A stretch of 64,000 bases of DNA from Balanoglossus misakiensis (taxonomy: Eukaryota; Animalia; Hemichordata), in NCBI GenBank assembly GCA_040954595.2, contig CM082598.2:5037097-5101096 (forward strand). The letters are read 5' to 3'. The notes below the pieces were generated by a model. The model had not been told where the DNA came from. It was given only the letters and a program-made list of their open reading frames with translations, and made no database searches. A program made the position numbers and the translations under genes. Shown here piece after piece: positions 11,244-25,000 of this stretch; the first letter of the stretch is position 1, and each line of letters starts with the position of its first letter.

Positions 11244-14200
11244 ATGGCGGCCGTCATACTGGACACCGGAGCGTGTACCGCGAAGGTTGGCCTCGCTAAC
11301 GACAGTGATCCCAGGTGAGCGCAGTCTTGCAACATCTTCCTTCTATCTCACAGCGTTTCTGCATCCAGATTTTATTAGGGCGATCCGCGAAAACCGACCC
11401 TAACTATCCCAACGTCAGTTAATGTTTGATCTGCGTCGTACTGTGTCCGCGACCGTGTCAATTTCAATGGTCTTGTCAATGAAAACGTGCAGTGTCAATC
11501 GTTTGTTTTGATTATTAACAACATCACTGCAACTGAACGTGTCACGAAGCAGAGTAGTTTTAATACTGCACATTATTGCACGGTTTTAGCATAACCGTGA
11601 TTCAATCCTGAATGTCAGTGACGTCGATACCGTCCAGTAGACCATGTACTACATGTACTTTGTTCTGGTGGGCATGGATGATGAACAATGAAACACACAT
11701 AACTCAGCATAGCTGCAGAACCGTAGCTCGACGTTTTGCCTGGCAACAAAACCTGTCTAAAACAAAAACCATCAGGCAAAACCTCGAGCTATTGAACTGC
11801 ACCCACACTCAGCTGTGAGCAGACGATCACGATAGGGTCCATATTTTGTGATCCATTCCGTAAGGGTAACATAACCCAACCACATCTCATGGTAGCTATC
11901 AATTTATCAGTTATTCTTTCATCAGGCCTTCACTAAACATCCTCTCATTTTTTTGTTAATTTTCAGGATCATTCCAAATTGTATAATGAAAGCTAAGAGT
12001 GAAAGAAGGAAGCAATTTATTGGAAATCAGATAGACGAATGTAAAGATCTTTCAGGTCTGTTCTATATTTTACCATTTCAAAAGGTGAGTGCATGTACAG
12101 AATTGTAGCATTTACATTTATGTTTCAATTTGTTGGGGGGGGGGGGAGTGTATGTGACCGTGTTTGGTAGTTGTCAATACATTTCTGTCTTTTACTGGAC
12201 CAAAGATTAATTTCATTGATATCACCAATACAAAATGAATGAAAATCATGCAGAAAAGCTTGATTGTTCTGTGAATAACATTGATTATAATGGAAGGTAA
12301 ATGTTGATTTCTTGCATTGGAACTTGTTTATGTCGGGGACAGTGACTTAATACTTTTCTGAAAAATCATTTGTGTTCGTAGGGGTACTTAGTGAACTGGG
12401 ATGTACAGAGGCAAGTATGGGAACACATGTTCAGCAAAGATGTACTCGGCGTCGACTGTACTGAACACCCAGTCATAATATCAGAACCGTACTTCAATTT
12501 CTCCACCATACAAGAAGCCATGAATGAAGTCTTCTTTGAGGAGTATCAGTTCCAGGCTATATGCCGTATAAATGGTGAGTTGAAACCGGCAGCCATATTG
12601 GATCGTATTGTAAAACAAACTGTCTATTGATTTTGATTCAGTCTCTATAACCAGAGTTTTTTAATATGATGAAATACAGTGACTAGTTTTTATCAGTTCC
12701 AGGCTATATGCAAATAAATAGAGAGTTGAAACAGGCAAGCCCAGCCATATTGGATCATATCATAAAACAAATCGTGGTCGACTAAACCACCTTTTCCTAT
12801 CCTCTGTTTCACATAGAATGTGTGAAATGATCGTGACCTTTGAACCCTAAATTGCCCATTTCCTCAATCCCTATTAATAGCGTCAAGTCTAGACGGACAG
12901 AATTAGCCATTTTCATGCGTACAACATCATTTTTGTTTCAGCTGGAGAACTTAGTGCCAACAAGAGCAAAGGGGATCACCCTGGACAGCTGTGCTGTCTG
13001 ATAGTCGATAGCGGGTACTCGTTCACGTACATAGCACCATTCTATAATTGTAAGAAAGTCGAAGAAGGAATCAGAAGGTATATTTATGTCACATGTTCAA
13101 TCATTATACTTATCTGACAAATCACCCCGACAGCAAACGACCCACCAGTTTGTTGAATGCATTAAAACTTTCCTTTGTAATCACAGATATACAGTCAAAC
13201 CTGTCTATAGTGACCAGTCAAGGGACTTTCCTTAACTGGGCTGTATAGACAGCTGGCCTTTTATATAGAGATTAATCAAAACACATGTGAATTGCACAGG
13301 GACTGTAACAAAGTGGCCACTATATAGAGGTGACTGCTATATAGGGGTGGCCACTAAGAGGGGTTTTACTATAGCATTGACACATCCTTTTGATCATGTA
13401 TAGGCATATGTAAATTATAGGTGACCGTGTAACTTTAACACACACCATTTCTATTTCATTGTTGTTGTTTTTTCAGAATAAACATTGGAGGCAAAATGTT
13501 GACCAATCATCTCAAAGAGATGCTGTCGTACAGGCAGCTGCATGTGATGGATGAAACGTACGTCATCAACCAGGTCAAAGAAGAGTTGTGTTACGTGTCA
13601 AATCAGTTCTACAAAGACATGGACATCGCCAAGTAAGTTTCGGTGTGCTGTTTTCAGTGACATTTTAAGCTTCATGTTAATTACACACTGTTATGATCGA
13701 GACTGTCTGTGATAACTTTCAAACAGTTTGTGTGAGAGAACAGAAAGATAGTGGTAGTGACCACAACATTTAAGCCTTTCACCCCATTTCCTTGTATAGA
13801 GGTCCACCTTTACCATAGAAAACAATGGAATTGGACCAAACCATGGTGGTGAATGGGTTAAAAAGCTTCTAAGCATCTGTTGATATATTCTATATTTGCA
13901 GACTCAAAGGCAAAGACAATACCATAGTGAGGGACTACGTCCTGCCAGATTTCTCGCAAATCAAGAAAGGTTATGTCAAAGAGGAAGCGTTTCAGAAACC
14001 AAAGCCACATGAACAGGTACGTATCTGTAGGATGTCCATGCATCCTTTAACCTTTTCACCCCCAGTTCCTTCTTTAGAGGTCCAACCTTACCATAGTAAA
14101 CAATGGGTTTGGACTGAACCATGGTGGTGAAAGGGTTAAAGGTATACTGTCACCTATGGAAAATTAGCTATAGTTACCATGTCGAATTGAAATCTAGCCA

Positions 14201-15821
14201 ATCGCAGATTTTCAGTGGGTGGCACACGCGAAAAAAAGAGCACCACCATATGTTCTTTAGAACGCTAAAATACCCCATTTCAGCCATATATGGGCGTATG
14301 TCAATTGGAGGTGACTGTATACCTTTAAGTTTTATGGAACTATCCACAGTATCTATACTCAACTTGGCTGCCGTCAGATTGCATTGACAGTAATCTTTAT
14401 GTTGTGGACCTCACTCTACAGATGATCAGAATGAACAACGAGAGGTTTTCCGTACCGGAGATTCTCTTTCATCCGTCAGACATCGGGATCCAAGAGATGG
14501 GGATATCCGAGGCTATCGTAAATGCGATAGAAGGAACACCATCAGGTAATACCAACTCCCTCCCCCTCCCCCCAATCCAATGAAATGAAAGCTATCCAGC
14601 TCACCCTATTGAGAATCTTTAGCAATGACTGATCAAGAGTTATTTTACACTTCGCTAAGACTGAGCCCTTGAAAGCCAAAATTGTTTCTACTGCTTTGTA
14701 TGTATCATCATGCATGTGCTCTTGTTTGTATATTTGTTTCCATGACAATGAAGTACTGAATAAGCTAACCCAGATTTGCCTTGGGTTAGCCCAAAGCTGG
14801 CAAAGTTAGGAACTTAGTTCTGATCTCTACTGTTTTTTATAAGGCTTTCCTAAGAAATTATACACAGATCTTCATTGACTAAATCTTTCTGAAATTTTTC
14901 TGTGCCAACCAACCTATCTACTCCCATTCAACTTACAAGGTACACGTACATTCAAACAAGTTGGATGTGTATACTGTTCTCTGTATAAGCCCTCAAAGTC
15001 AATCCATTATCACTAACACCAATCTTTCCGTCTCTTTCCGTCGTGATCATTCAGAGATGCACCCCCACCTGTACCGGAACATCATCCTGACCGGAGGCAA
15101 CTCGCTCTTTCCCGGATATCGGCAGAGAATCAGCGACGATGTCCGATGCTTGGCGCCACAGGAATACGAAGTCAATGTCACACTGCCAGAAAAGTATGTA
15201 CAAAGATATTGCGTTTTCTTGAATCTACTGTGAAAGTATCTGTGGAAATGTGTTCATTTCAGAGTGGTTGTTCTGTTGCGACATAAAGTATACTGATCAA
15301 AATTTCTATCTGCATTTATGGAATTATGCCTCAACTAGCTCTAGGCAACAATGTCTCAACACTATCCATATTGTGTACTGTACAACACTTTATTTTCGCG
15401 ATTTGAAATGTTTTCGCGATGTCGAGAGAGGCCACTGTTTCACGATTATTAATTTTCGCGTTCTCTTATTTCATTCACTGCATTGTTATCTTTAAAAAAA
15501 ATCATGCGACTTTTTATTTCTCACTATTTTGGTTCTCGCATATCTCGCGAAAAATTTATTGCTCGCGAAAATAAAGTGTTTTGCAGTATTTTGAAAATAT
15601 AGACGTCAATTGTTGACTTATTATTTGAATAGAAAGCCAGATTATTTCCATGGCAACAACTAAACTTTGTTCTGTTTATTGATTACAGACCAGTCACCTA
15701 TGCTTGGCATGGTGGAGTGACTGTTTCCAAGTTACCAAAGTTTCAGAGTGATTACTGCGTGACAAGGAAAGAATATGATGAATACGGACAAAATATCTGC
15801 CTTGAGAAATTTGACATATGA
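11244..15821 (+). CDS. ACTR6: Actin-related protein 6 (SWR1/SRCAP complex subunit), 9 exons, 394 aa
   Basis: Exons 11244-11314, 11967-12084, 12382-12574, 12942-13077, 13477-13632, 13902-14016, 14422-14545, 15055-15193 and 15689-15821 total 1185 nt in frame. Motifs [76 protein letters not shown] near 15897. Confidence 0.96.
13190..13372. mobile_element. Tc1/mariner-pogo-like TA MITE; also at 23393-23573, 23581-23746 and related 24945-25072
   Basis: TA|cagtcaaacctg...caggtttcactg|TA-type termini; conserved interior (agggactgtaaca, gtggccacta). Confidence 0.7.
15376..15588. mobile_element. pogo/Tigger-like TA MITE; similar short element at 7761-7879
   Basis: tactgtacaacactttattttcgcg ... cgcgaaaataaagtgttttgcagta inverted termini. 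Confidence 0.65.
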
Positions 15822-18800
15822 ATGTACTGAAGCTAGTGTTTTCACAGCTAACGAACACTACCACTCAAAACTTGTACTGTAATTTTTATTTTTGTAAATA
15901 AATTTTTTGAAGAGAAATATTTTCAGATTGGTGTGATTGATCGAAAATGAATTACTTCTGAAATATTCCTAGCTGTACATGAGAAAACACACAAACTTGG
16001 CCAAATGAATGTTTGGAAATTTAAGTCTTGTCTAGCCATACGACACAAGACAACTTGAATATCTAAAGTAATCCTATAAAATATCGATTTATACTGTGTT
16101 CCAACAATCTACAAATTCTTGTTGCAAACTCTGCAGTACTTGACTGGATGGGACAGCGCCCCCAACGACTGGCAGATCAATACTCTTGTTTTAGCGCCCT
16201 CAAGAGCATTATTGTCAAGTGAGAAATCTGATCATTCACTTGTCTCTCTTTCCTTACTAGCAAACAAATTAAAATGAATGCTATGTTTTGTACTGTATTT
16301 CTATAATTTATTGCACAGCAACAAATATTGTTATCTTCGAAAGTCTTATTTACAAGTAAGAATAAAGAAAGTGATTTAAAAAAAACACTCCAAAATACAA
16401 CATGATTAACATTCATGAAAGATAATTTACACAAAGTTTGTTAATATTTATCAAAGATCATTCCGAAGTAAAACATGATTAATAATTTTTAAATATCTTC
16501 AATTGAACGATCCAAGTCAGTTCATTAAAAAGGACTAAGATGATTGGCTAATGCCAAACCAATCAGGAGATGGTCTATTATATAGTGACAATTGCGTGCA
16601 GAGAAAACAGCACTGATTGGCTGGTCTGAAAACCAAATAGGAGGTGGCTTCTTATACGAGAATTATCTTTCAAACATGCTGTTTTCATTGAGACACATAT
16701 TGTTAAATTTGATTGGCAATGCAGTCTATTGATAAAACCTCGATGAAATTCATGAATTGAGGAAAATATCATTCGAAGGGCAGATTTTTGTTCACAATGT
16801 ACACTCTCTCCTACCACATTGCTTCTGGCAATTCCATCTCCCAACATCTAAAATAAATTTGTCAATCTTGGATTCTAACAAGACTCCTATAAGGCAGTTT
16901 GTACAAATTAAATAAAAAAGTTAATAGAAAATTGTAAATATTTTAAAATGTAAAGTCAACAAAGAAACAAAACAGATTTTTGGGGGGGTTTTCTTCCCCC
17001 TCTGACCATACAAGTCCTACAGATTGTGCATGTTGTTTCAGAGTTAGTCAAAATAATATTTAAAACGGGTGAAAACCCACTTCAACTTGCAAAATAAATT
17101 CGTTGCTTGCTGTAGTAAATATAAAACTGCATTTGCCAGAACTCAAAAAGCTTTTAAAAGTGTTGTATATCAAGAAAATAACACTTCAAAAGGAAATAAA
17201 GAAATAAAAAAATTAAAACCCTACTTTGCTTAAAACTTCTTCAAAAAATGAATTAGAATCTCATTTCTCTAACAAAATGAACTTTGCATACACCATTCAC
17301 TGCTGTCATAAGTCCCGTTTCTCTGTAAACTTCACAGAAAATGAACAAAACTTTGGCAGTGAAAGTGCTGTTTCAAAAAGATCAAACAGTGAACAATAGT
17401 CCTTTTCAAGAACCTTTTACCTTGTGTACTTTTGTTACCTTTAAAGGTATACGGTCACCTCCAATTTACATACGCCCATATATGGCTGAAATGGCGTATT
17501 TGGGCATTCTAAAGAACATATGGTGGTGCTCTTTTTTTCGCGTGTGCCACCCACTGAAAATCAGTGATTGGCTAGATCTCATTTTGCCATGGTAACTATA
17601 GCTAATTTTCAATGGGTGACCGTATACCTTTAAACCGTGCAGAAAAAACAAAACCTGCCAGCATGCTATAGGCTAAGAGGTACATGTATCTGCAAAAACA
17701 TCCTATACGCAGCAAGAATAACTCTGGCAAAAAAAACTGCATACATAAATATATTAACACTGGTAAATACTGAAAAATATCCCTAAGCAGTAACTATATT
17801 GTTGAACTGTATACACCATAGTGCACTCTGTTAGTCATGGTAAATTGCATTGTCTTAGATTTTAAACTGAACATTTTCTCTTTAGTTCCATCATAGGCTT
17901 TGAAAATGCTAAACTGTCATCTAAATGGGACGAATCTATAAATTTAAAATACTTTGCCCCTTTAATGTTAAAAGAAGGAAGAACAACTTCGTTTACCCTG
18001 TATAGCAGAAAACTGAGACATTGTTAATACGAAGTAAAAACAAAGTGAATTTGTTCACTAAAGGTTCAGTATCAGAATATATTGTCATCTGGATAAACCC
18101 AACCAACTACTCCTTGTGTAGGCAATATTATGTTTTTTTAATAGAATTATGTTTAAATAGTACAATTTTCATTCATGTGCTTAAAACTTACTCAAGGAAT
18201 ATTTGAGATCAAAACTGCCCATTTTCCAGAGAGTGATTGCACAGTATTTTTTTTCATTTTCTTTTCTTTTTTTAGAGATAGACATTGTTTGGCAGTGTGT
18301 GTAGCTTTTTTCATCCCACCACGTTCGGACACTTTTAAAGTCTTCCCAGCAGCGGTTTCAAACCCAGGTTTTTCAAGAAGGGCAAAAAATCTTACATCTG
18401 TCAGACGTGTGATTGTCAAACTTGTGAGCACCGCATCTAAAAACACCTAGTACAAAAATCCACCCCAAGAATGGCCATTTTCCCCAAGTCACCTCCACTT
18501 GGTGGGCCAGCGAATGAGTGTTAAATCTCTGCAGCTTGACTTTGATGTCATTCATAAGTTTTCTCCCAAGCCAGGTTTTTGACCATATTTGAGTCAGACA
18601 AAACTAGTGTATTACATCATAGACACTGACAGTAAAGGGGCATAATCCCCAACTTTTGACATTTGGATTGCTTCTCATGATAAATCAATTTTGTTCTTCA
18701 GCTCACTGAATGTACTCAGTCACAATTCAACTCACACACTGTACATGGATAGATGGGACACATGAACACTTCCATCATTTAATTATTGGCCCGTACCAAA

Positions 18801-19001
18801 TAATAGTACTACCGTAGTATTCACATGTTATTTACATATAGTGGGGGTGAATCGATTGTAAGAATTGGTGACTGGGCATATATCATTGAGTCAAACAGCA
18901 ACATGAGTTAACCATTGAGAGAAACCAAATTAACCAAAATCATGTCAAAAGCGGGCAACTTTCAAAAGTTTGCCTCATGACATGTCCGGTGTGGCTGGAC
19001 A

Positions 19002-22000
19002 TCAAAACATGTCTGCAAAATGCTGGGAGTGAACTTGAGGGTGGTGTTTCTGCAGCAGCTTCAACTTCTGTTTCTTCTCCTTCAAGGTCAAGGTCAGGTC
19101 ATCGATGACACTGTCCATCAGCTCCTTCAGTGCTTCGTGCGTCAGGGTGACTTTTTGCTCGTCAAATTCAGCGACCGATATCTTTTCACAATAGATTTCT
19201 GACAAGGAGCAAAAACAAAACCATTATGTTTACTTTAATATATATAGGGCTACCCTGGCCCTCATTTGTGGTTTTAACCCTTTCACCCCCCACTTCCATG
19301 TATAGAGGTCCAACTTCACAATAGAAAACAATGGGTTTTGACCAAACCATGGTGGTGAAAGGTTTTAAAATATGTGCAAACAAGTATGAAGCGCAAGATA
19401 GGATCGACGATAAGACTCAACTAAACAGTGAGATACAAAAACAAAAGTCTTGAGAATTTTGCATTGGCATATTAATACATGTAATGTATGCCTAGCTATT
19501 AATTGGCAGGGAATTTCCAAGTTCAGTGTACCGAATACTAGTGTCGCAGGTGTAGATACACTTGCCTAAGTTCCAAAAGTGGCCTTTATAGACAGGTGGC
19601 CTTTTAAGACAGATACACTAATACACATAGTGGTTGACTTGGATCTGGTTCACTTAGTGGACACGACTAAACCCCCTGGATGATACCATTAATTTTTAGG
19701 GGCGAGGGGTGGCAATGAGGGTGAGTTAGGGTTAGGAGGGTTAGGGGTGGCAATGTGAGGGAGAGTTTAACCCTAACCCTAACCCTAAAAAATAATGGTA
19801 TCGCCCAGGGGTATAGTCGTGTCCACTAAGTGAACCAGATCCATTGACTTTACATGTACCTCTGATAAAATTTACGTACATTTAGGTCAGTAGTTTTGCA
19901 AGTTTTTTCACTCTCGTGCCTAAAAGCCGGATGGAAGTTGTGTTTGGTTGAACGTTGATTCACTATATATTATATATATCCACATGTAGAATAACATAAA
20001 CGGTGTCTTGTATCAAACATAATTAATGGAAAAAGGGCAGCGAGAGAGAGACTTTGTCCCTTTAAGACAGATACACTAATACACATAGCAGTTGACTCTA
20101 CCTCTGATTTTGGCTTCTCTGCCTTCCCTCAAACACTGAATTCTCTCGTCCACCACGACAGTGATGCCCCCGGGAAGCTGGAAGATCTCCTCGTTCTTGT
20201 CCATCATGAAGATGACCAGTTGCTCAGCCTGGCCTTTGCTCAGCTGGGGATGCTGGAGTATTGCACTGGTGAATGTACGGCGCACAAGAGTGCGATTGTC
20301 AACCTGTGAAGAGAATGGATGATTTGAATTCACCAGTGAGTTCTTTCCAGAATATAGGGATCAGATGAAGTATTTAAAGGGACAAAGTCTCTCTCCCGCT
20401 GCCCCTTTTCTGATAATTATGTATGATACAAGACATCACTTATGTTATTCTGCATGTGGATATATAGTGAATCAACATTCCACCACACACAACTTCCATC
20501 CCGCTTGTAGGATATGATAGTAAAAATCTTGCCAAAATGAATAAATGGTAAAGACCAATTATTCATTTTGGCGAGTTTTTTTACTCTGCGTCTACAAGTG
20601 GGATTGAGGGTGTGTGTGGTTGAATGTTCATTCACTACATAAACGCATGTACATTATCATAAACAGTGTCTTGTATCAAACATTTTAATAGGGAAAGAGC
20701 AACGAGAGAGAGACTTTTTCCTTTAATCTGGTGAAGTGTACAATCTGGTTAAGTATACAATGTAACCCATGTTGACCCTAACATATACCATTATGAAAAT
20801 AGTCAATAGGGGCTGCTGACTGACTGTGGGATGATCAATCATGGAAGAGTATAATTGTCAACCTGTGAAGAGATGGATGATTTGAAATCAACTGCGACCA
20901 GAATATAGGGATCAGATGAAATGTTCAATGTGACCCATGTTCAAAAACAATTTGTCACATCCAGGATGGCATCAACAAGGGGGTGGTGTCCCCTTTGCCA
21001 GAATATTTGGAGGAGATTCCAGGGGAATCTGCATTAATATCTCCAACTTGTGAGTGACATCATCGTAACGGTATGTATACCATTACCAAAAAAAAAAAAA
21101 AAATCAATCGACATGATTTTGTTAAAATCTGCAATGATCATCAACATTTCATCACAGTAGAAGAGCATAACCCAATTACAGGGATTTCCAGAAGTACCAC
21201 TCATAGTTTCAAATACTATGCCTTTTTTTTCAGATTTTTCCAGCTAGCAACCCTGACACTCATCTCTGTTACAACTCACCTCTCTGTTAAGCGTCACACT
21301 ACACGAACTGGCAGCACACGACATGAAATCCAACAACCGCTTCAAGGGGTTCCGTATCGCACTGTTCAACATCAGCATCTGTAGCTGCACGGCTTCCAGA
21401 GCCTGTTCACACTTCTCCTCCGCCAACAGTTCCTGTATCGCTATATACACCTCGAAAAATTCCCGGGGCAGTAGGGGTTCCTTCCGACTCTTGTAACAGT
21501 CCGCGACCGCTTTGAACAAAGCGCACTTTTTCACAAGCTCCGTTTCCGAGGAGTCGTCCGATTCCAACGATCCGTTGTCGTCGAGCAGACTGGCGACTAT
21601 CCGTAGGCTCTCCGGATGCTGATCCAGGCAATTCAAAGCGGCGACTATCCACGGGTCACCATCACTGGATGATGACAAAAAAGTGATTCTTAAGCCAGGC
21701 TAAATAATTGTAATCTGATTATCTCTGTCTGTCTGTCACCCACTCCTCTTATCCATGCTCGCCCTTATTGTGGTCAGCATGAGAGAAATACTAGAGCTGT
21801 TTTACGAACTTAAGATAAACTTCCCTCTTAGTATTTCTGTTGGTGGGAATCCATCTGTTCCTTAACCGTTTCACCACCATAGTTTGGTCCAACTCCATTG
21901 TCTTCCATTTTACCAGATACATGTGCAGACTCTTTTGTCTGACAGTCTGTTCTTCCTTGGTCTATCTCTCTCTGTCTCTGTCTCACTCTATCTGTCTCCC

Positions 22001-25000
22001 TACTTCTCACACACACACACACACACACACACTATTTTGAAGGAATGGAGTAGGCAATTGCCAACACTTAAAGCGGGTAGCTCGTCTCACGCGCATTCGC
22101 GTAACTTCCCAGCAAATTTTCCGTTCGGTGCATTCAAAAAATGGACTGCCTTCGCTTCCTTCCATATTTCATGCGCACCATATAAGTAGATTCTGGTTTT
22201 GTCCCTCCTTTTCAACCAAGCTGGTGTCTTTTCCCGATCTCCGACACAGATTATGGTCGCCGCCATCTTGTGTGAGCACTGCCTTATTGGATTGACTGTT
22301 CACTTAACGTCTGTAACCAGCGGCTACAGCTGGAACATGCGTGTGAAACGAGCTACCCGCTTTAAAAAAATTTACTCCCATACCTTTGTGCCGTCCTGGA
22401 CAAGAATGGACTCTCAGCCCTGGCAAAGGCGTTCGAAATGACGACGTTGTGCGTCTCTTCCGGTTTCTGCTTGGTGTCTGTTGACGTGTACTGCAACACG
22501 AGGTCCAGGAAGGACATATCAACAATGTGCAGCAGCCTCTGCAGTGCAACTTCACACCAAATATGACTGATATCTGAAAAGAATAATATATAATTTGTTA
22601 TTTAAAAGGTATACGGTCACCTATGGAAAATTAGCTATAGTTACCATGCCTAATTGAGATCTAGCCAATCAGGGATTTTCAGTGGGTGGCACACGCGAAA
22701 AAAAGAGCGCCACCATATGTTCTTTAGAACCCTCAAATACGCCACTTCAGCCATATATGGGTGTATGCAAATTGGAGGTGACTGTATACCTTTAAGATCT
22801 CCACACAACATCTCTAAACAGTGAATAATACAAGCATGCCTAAACTTTCTACTATTCCCAGTACATTGCAGTTTCCTCTTTGGGACTTTGGATAATAGAC
22901 TCATATAACTTGCTCCTGTGTATTAAGATCCTTGGATTTGAAAAACAACCTCTTTACTACAGACACTTTTCTAATCAAGACACCTCTCTATTATGGACAG
23001 ATTTTTCAAGATACAAGTGAATACTTGAATAGAACATTACCTGTCTATTAAGGTCACTTACATTTAGCTATTAAGGACAGTTCTGCAACAGTTCCGCAAT
23101 ACAAAGCTTCAACAGTTTCCAACAAAATAAAAACAGATTTACAAGCAACAGCTTACCTGCTGGTGACAATGGCTTGAAAATGACTTTGGGTGTACTTTTG
23201 GAAGTGTTTTGTGATATGTTGGCTGAATTATTCCGATCACTGCCATGTAAAATTCGATGGAAGAGTTCTCCGTATGGACTGAAAGGATTGGGGTTACTGA
23301 TAATCGGTACACACTTGGTGTCTGGTGTGTTTAGTGCCATCCTAAATAAACAAAGCATACAAAGAAATATACATATAGTCACCATATGCACATACAGTCG
23401 AACCTGTCTATAGTGGCCAGTCAAGGGGCTTTCCTAAACTGGTCTCTATAGAGGGGTGGCCTTTATAGACAGGTCAATTAATTCACATGTAAATTGCACA
23501 GGGACTGTAACATAGTGGGCGCTATATCGAGTTGACCACTATAGAGGTGGCCACTAACACAGGTTTGTCTGTACTAGTTATACAGTCAAACCTGTGTATA
23601 GTGGCTAGTCAAGGGACTTTCATAAACTGGCCTTTATAGACAGGTGGTCTTTATAGAGAGGTCAATTAATGCACATGTAAGTTGTACAGGGACTGTAACA
23701 TAGTGGCCACTATATAGAGGTGGTCACTAACACAGGTTTCACTGTATGGTCAAAATAAGTCATAAAAGTGAATAATAATCTTTTTGTTGTCCACTTTCCA
23801 ACCACAGTCACTGAAAGATGATGTGCATATGGTATTGGTGTTGAATAGTCTACCTGCATTGTTTTTGCCGTGACACTCCAAAACTGCTTCTACGCCTCCT
23901 CTTCAATTTTGGGGTCTTGTCTTTCGTGGGCGTCACAGGACTGTTGTTATTGTCACAAAACCTGCAAAGAAGACAGACACACAGTATTATACCAGGGTAC
24001 TCCCTACATGATGCATAGTATAGTGGCTTAGTGGTCAGGAACACCGATCAAAGGGTTGTTAGTTCAACAAGCAGACCCGGACATTGCTGTGGATTTTCTA
24101 TCTGACAATGGTTTACTTCATGGCTGTGATGTTGTCCCCTAGAGCAAGGCACTTAACACAAAAGGTACTATTCATTGCTCTAGGGGGAGGGACTGGCTTT
24201 GTATAGGTGATTCACACCTGTTCCAGTCATCCTATCATAAGTAGACATACTTTCTGTCTTTGCTATGGATGAAGTATAAAAATAAAATAAATGTATGTTA
24301 ATTGTTAGCCAAGTTGTCCTCACCTGTATAAATGACTGCTGCTGTCTTCAAAGGTAACTTTCTTGGTTTGTCCGTGAGAACAGGACACACACTCAAAAAC
24401 TTGAGATTCCATCAAAGCCTACAACAGAACAAAGGGCGGATATACAAGTTAGCCTTTGAAGACCCAATTCTTGTAACCTCATGGGGGTCATTATCAAGTC
24501 ATTAACATCAAGTTAGCACTTCCAGCAAGTCAAAAGACTCTCTTTGCTGGCAACATGGAGGTACTTAGTACCTCCATGCTGGCAATTTACAGTAACAAGA
24601 AAATCTATTATAACATTATATTTTAATTGCATTTACCAAGTAAACTGTGACCTCAAACAATTGTTACACACTGTACCATGCATCAATTGGCCTTGCTGGA
24701 AATCATGAAAGTTTTGAAACAGGAGAAGGCATCCAGTTCCTTGATTGTGCTTTGGAGTCAGCCATTGATCTCCTCTTGGATTTGTTTTACTCAGCAAAAA
24801 ATGAAATTAAAACCAAAATCTTAATGCTTTTACACATAGACATCTAACAAGAGATTCATTCTTTCATACTGTCTATGTTTTACTGTATTGTGGCTGGTGG
24901 GCTTTGCTAATCGCCAAGATCACCAGCTCGCCAAAGACCAAAGTACAGTGAAACCTGTAATTACGGACAGATTTTTCAAGACAAAAGCCACAGTTTGAAT

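Noticed and set aside
19720-19790. Telomere or chromosome-fusion relic
   Set aside because: Too short and enclosed by TIRs and a TSD, so it is part of a MITE.
24019-24080. Possible tRNA gene
   Set aside because: Only an A-box-like motif is present with no cloverleaf; it is followed by a SINE core-like motif.
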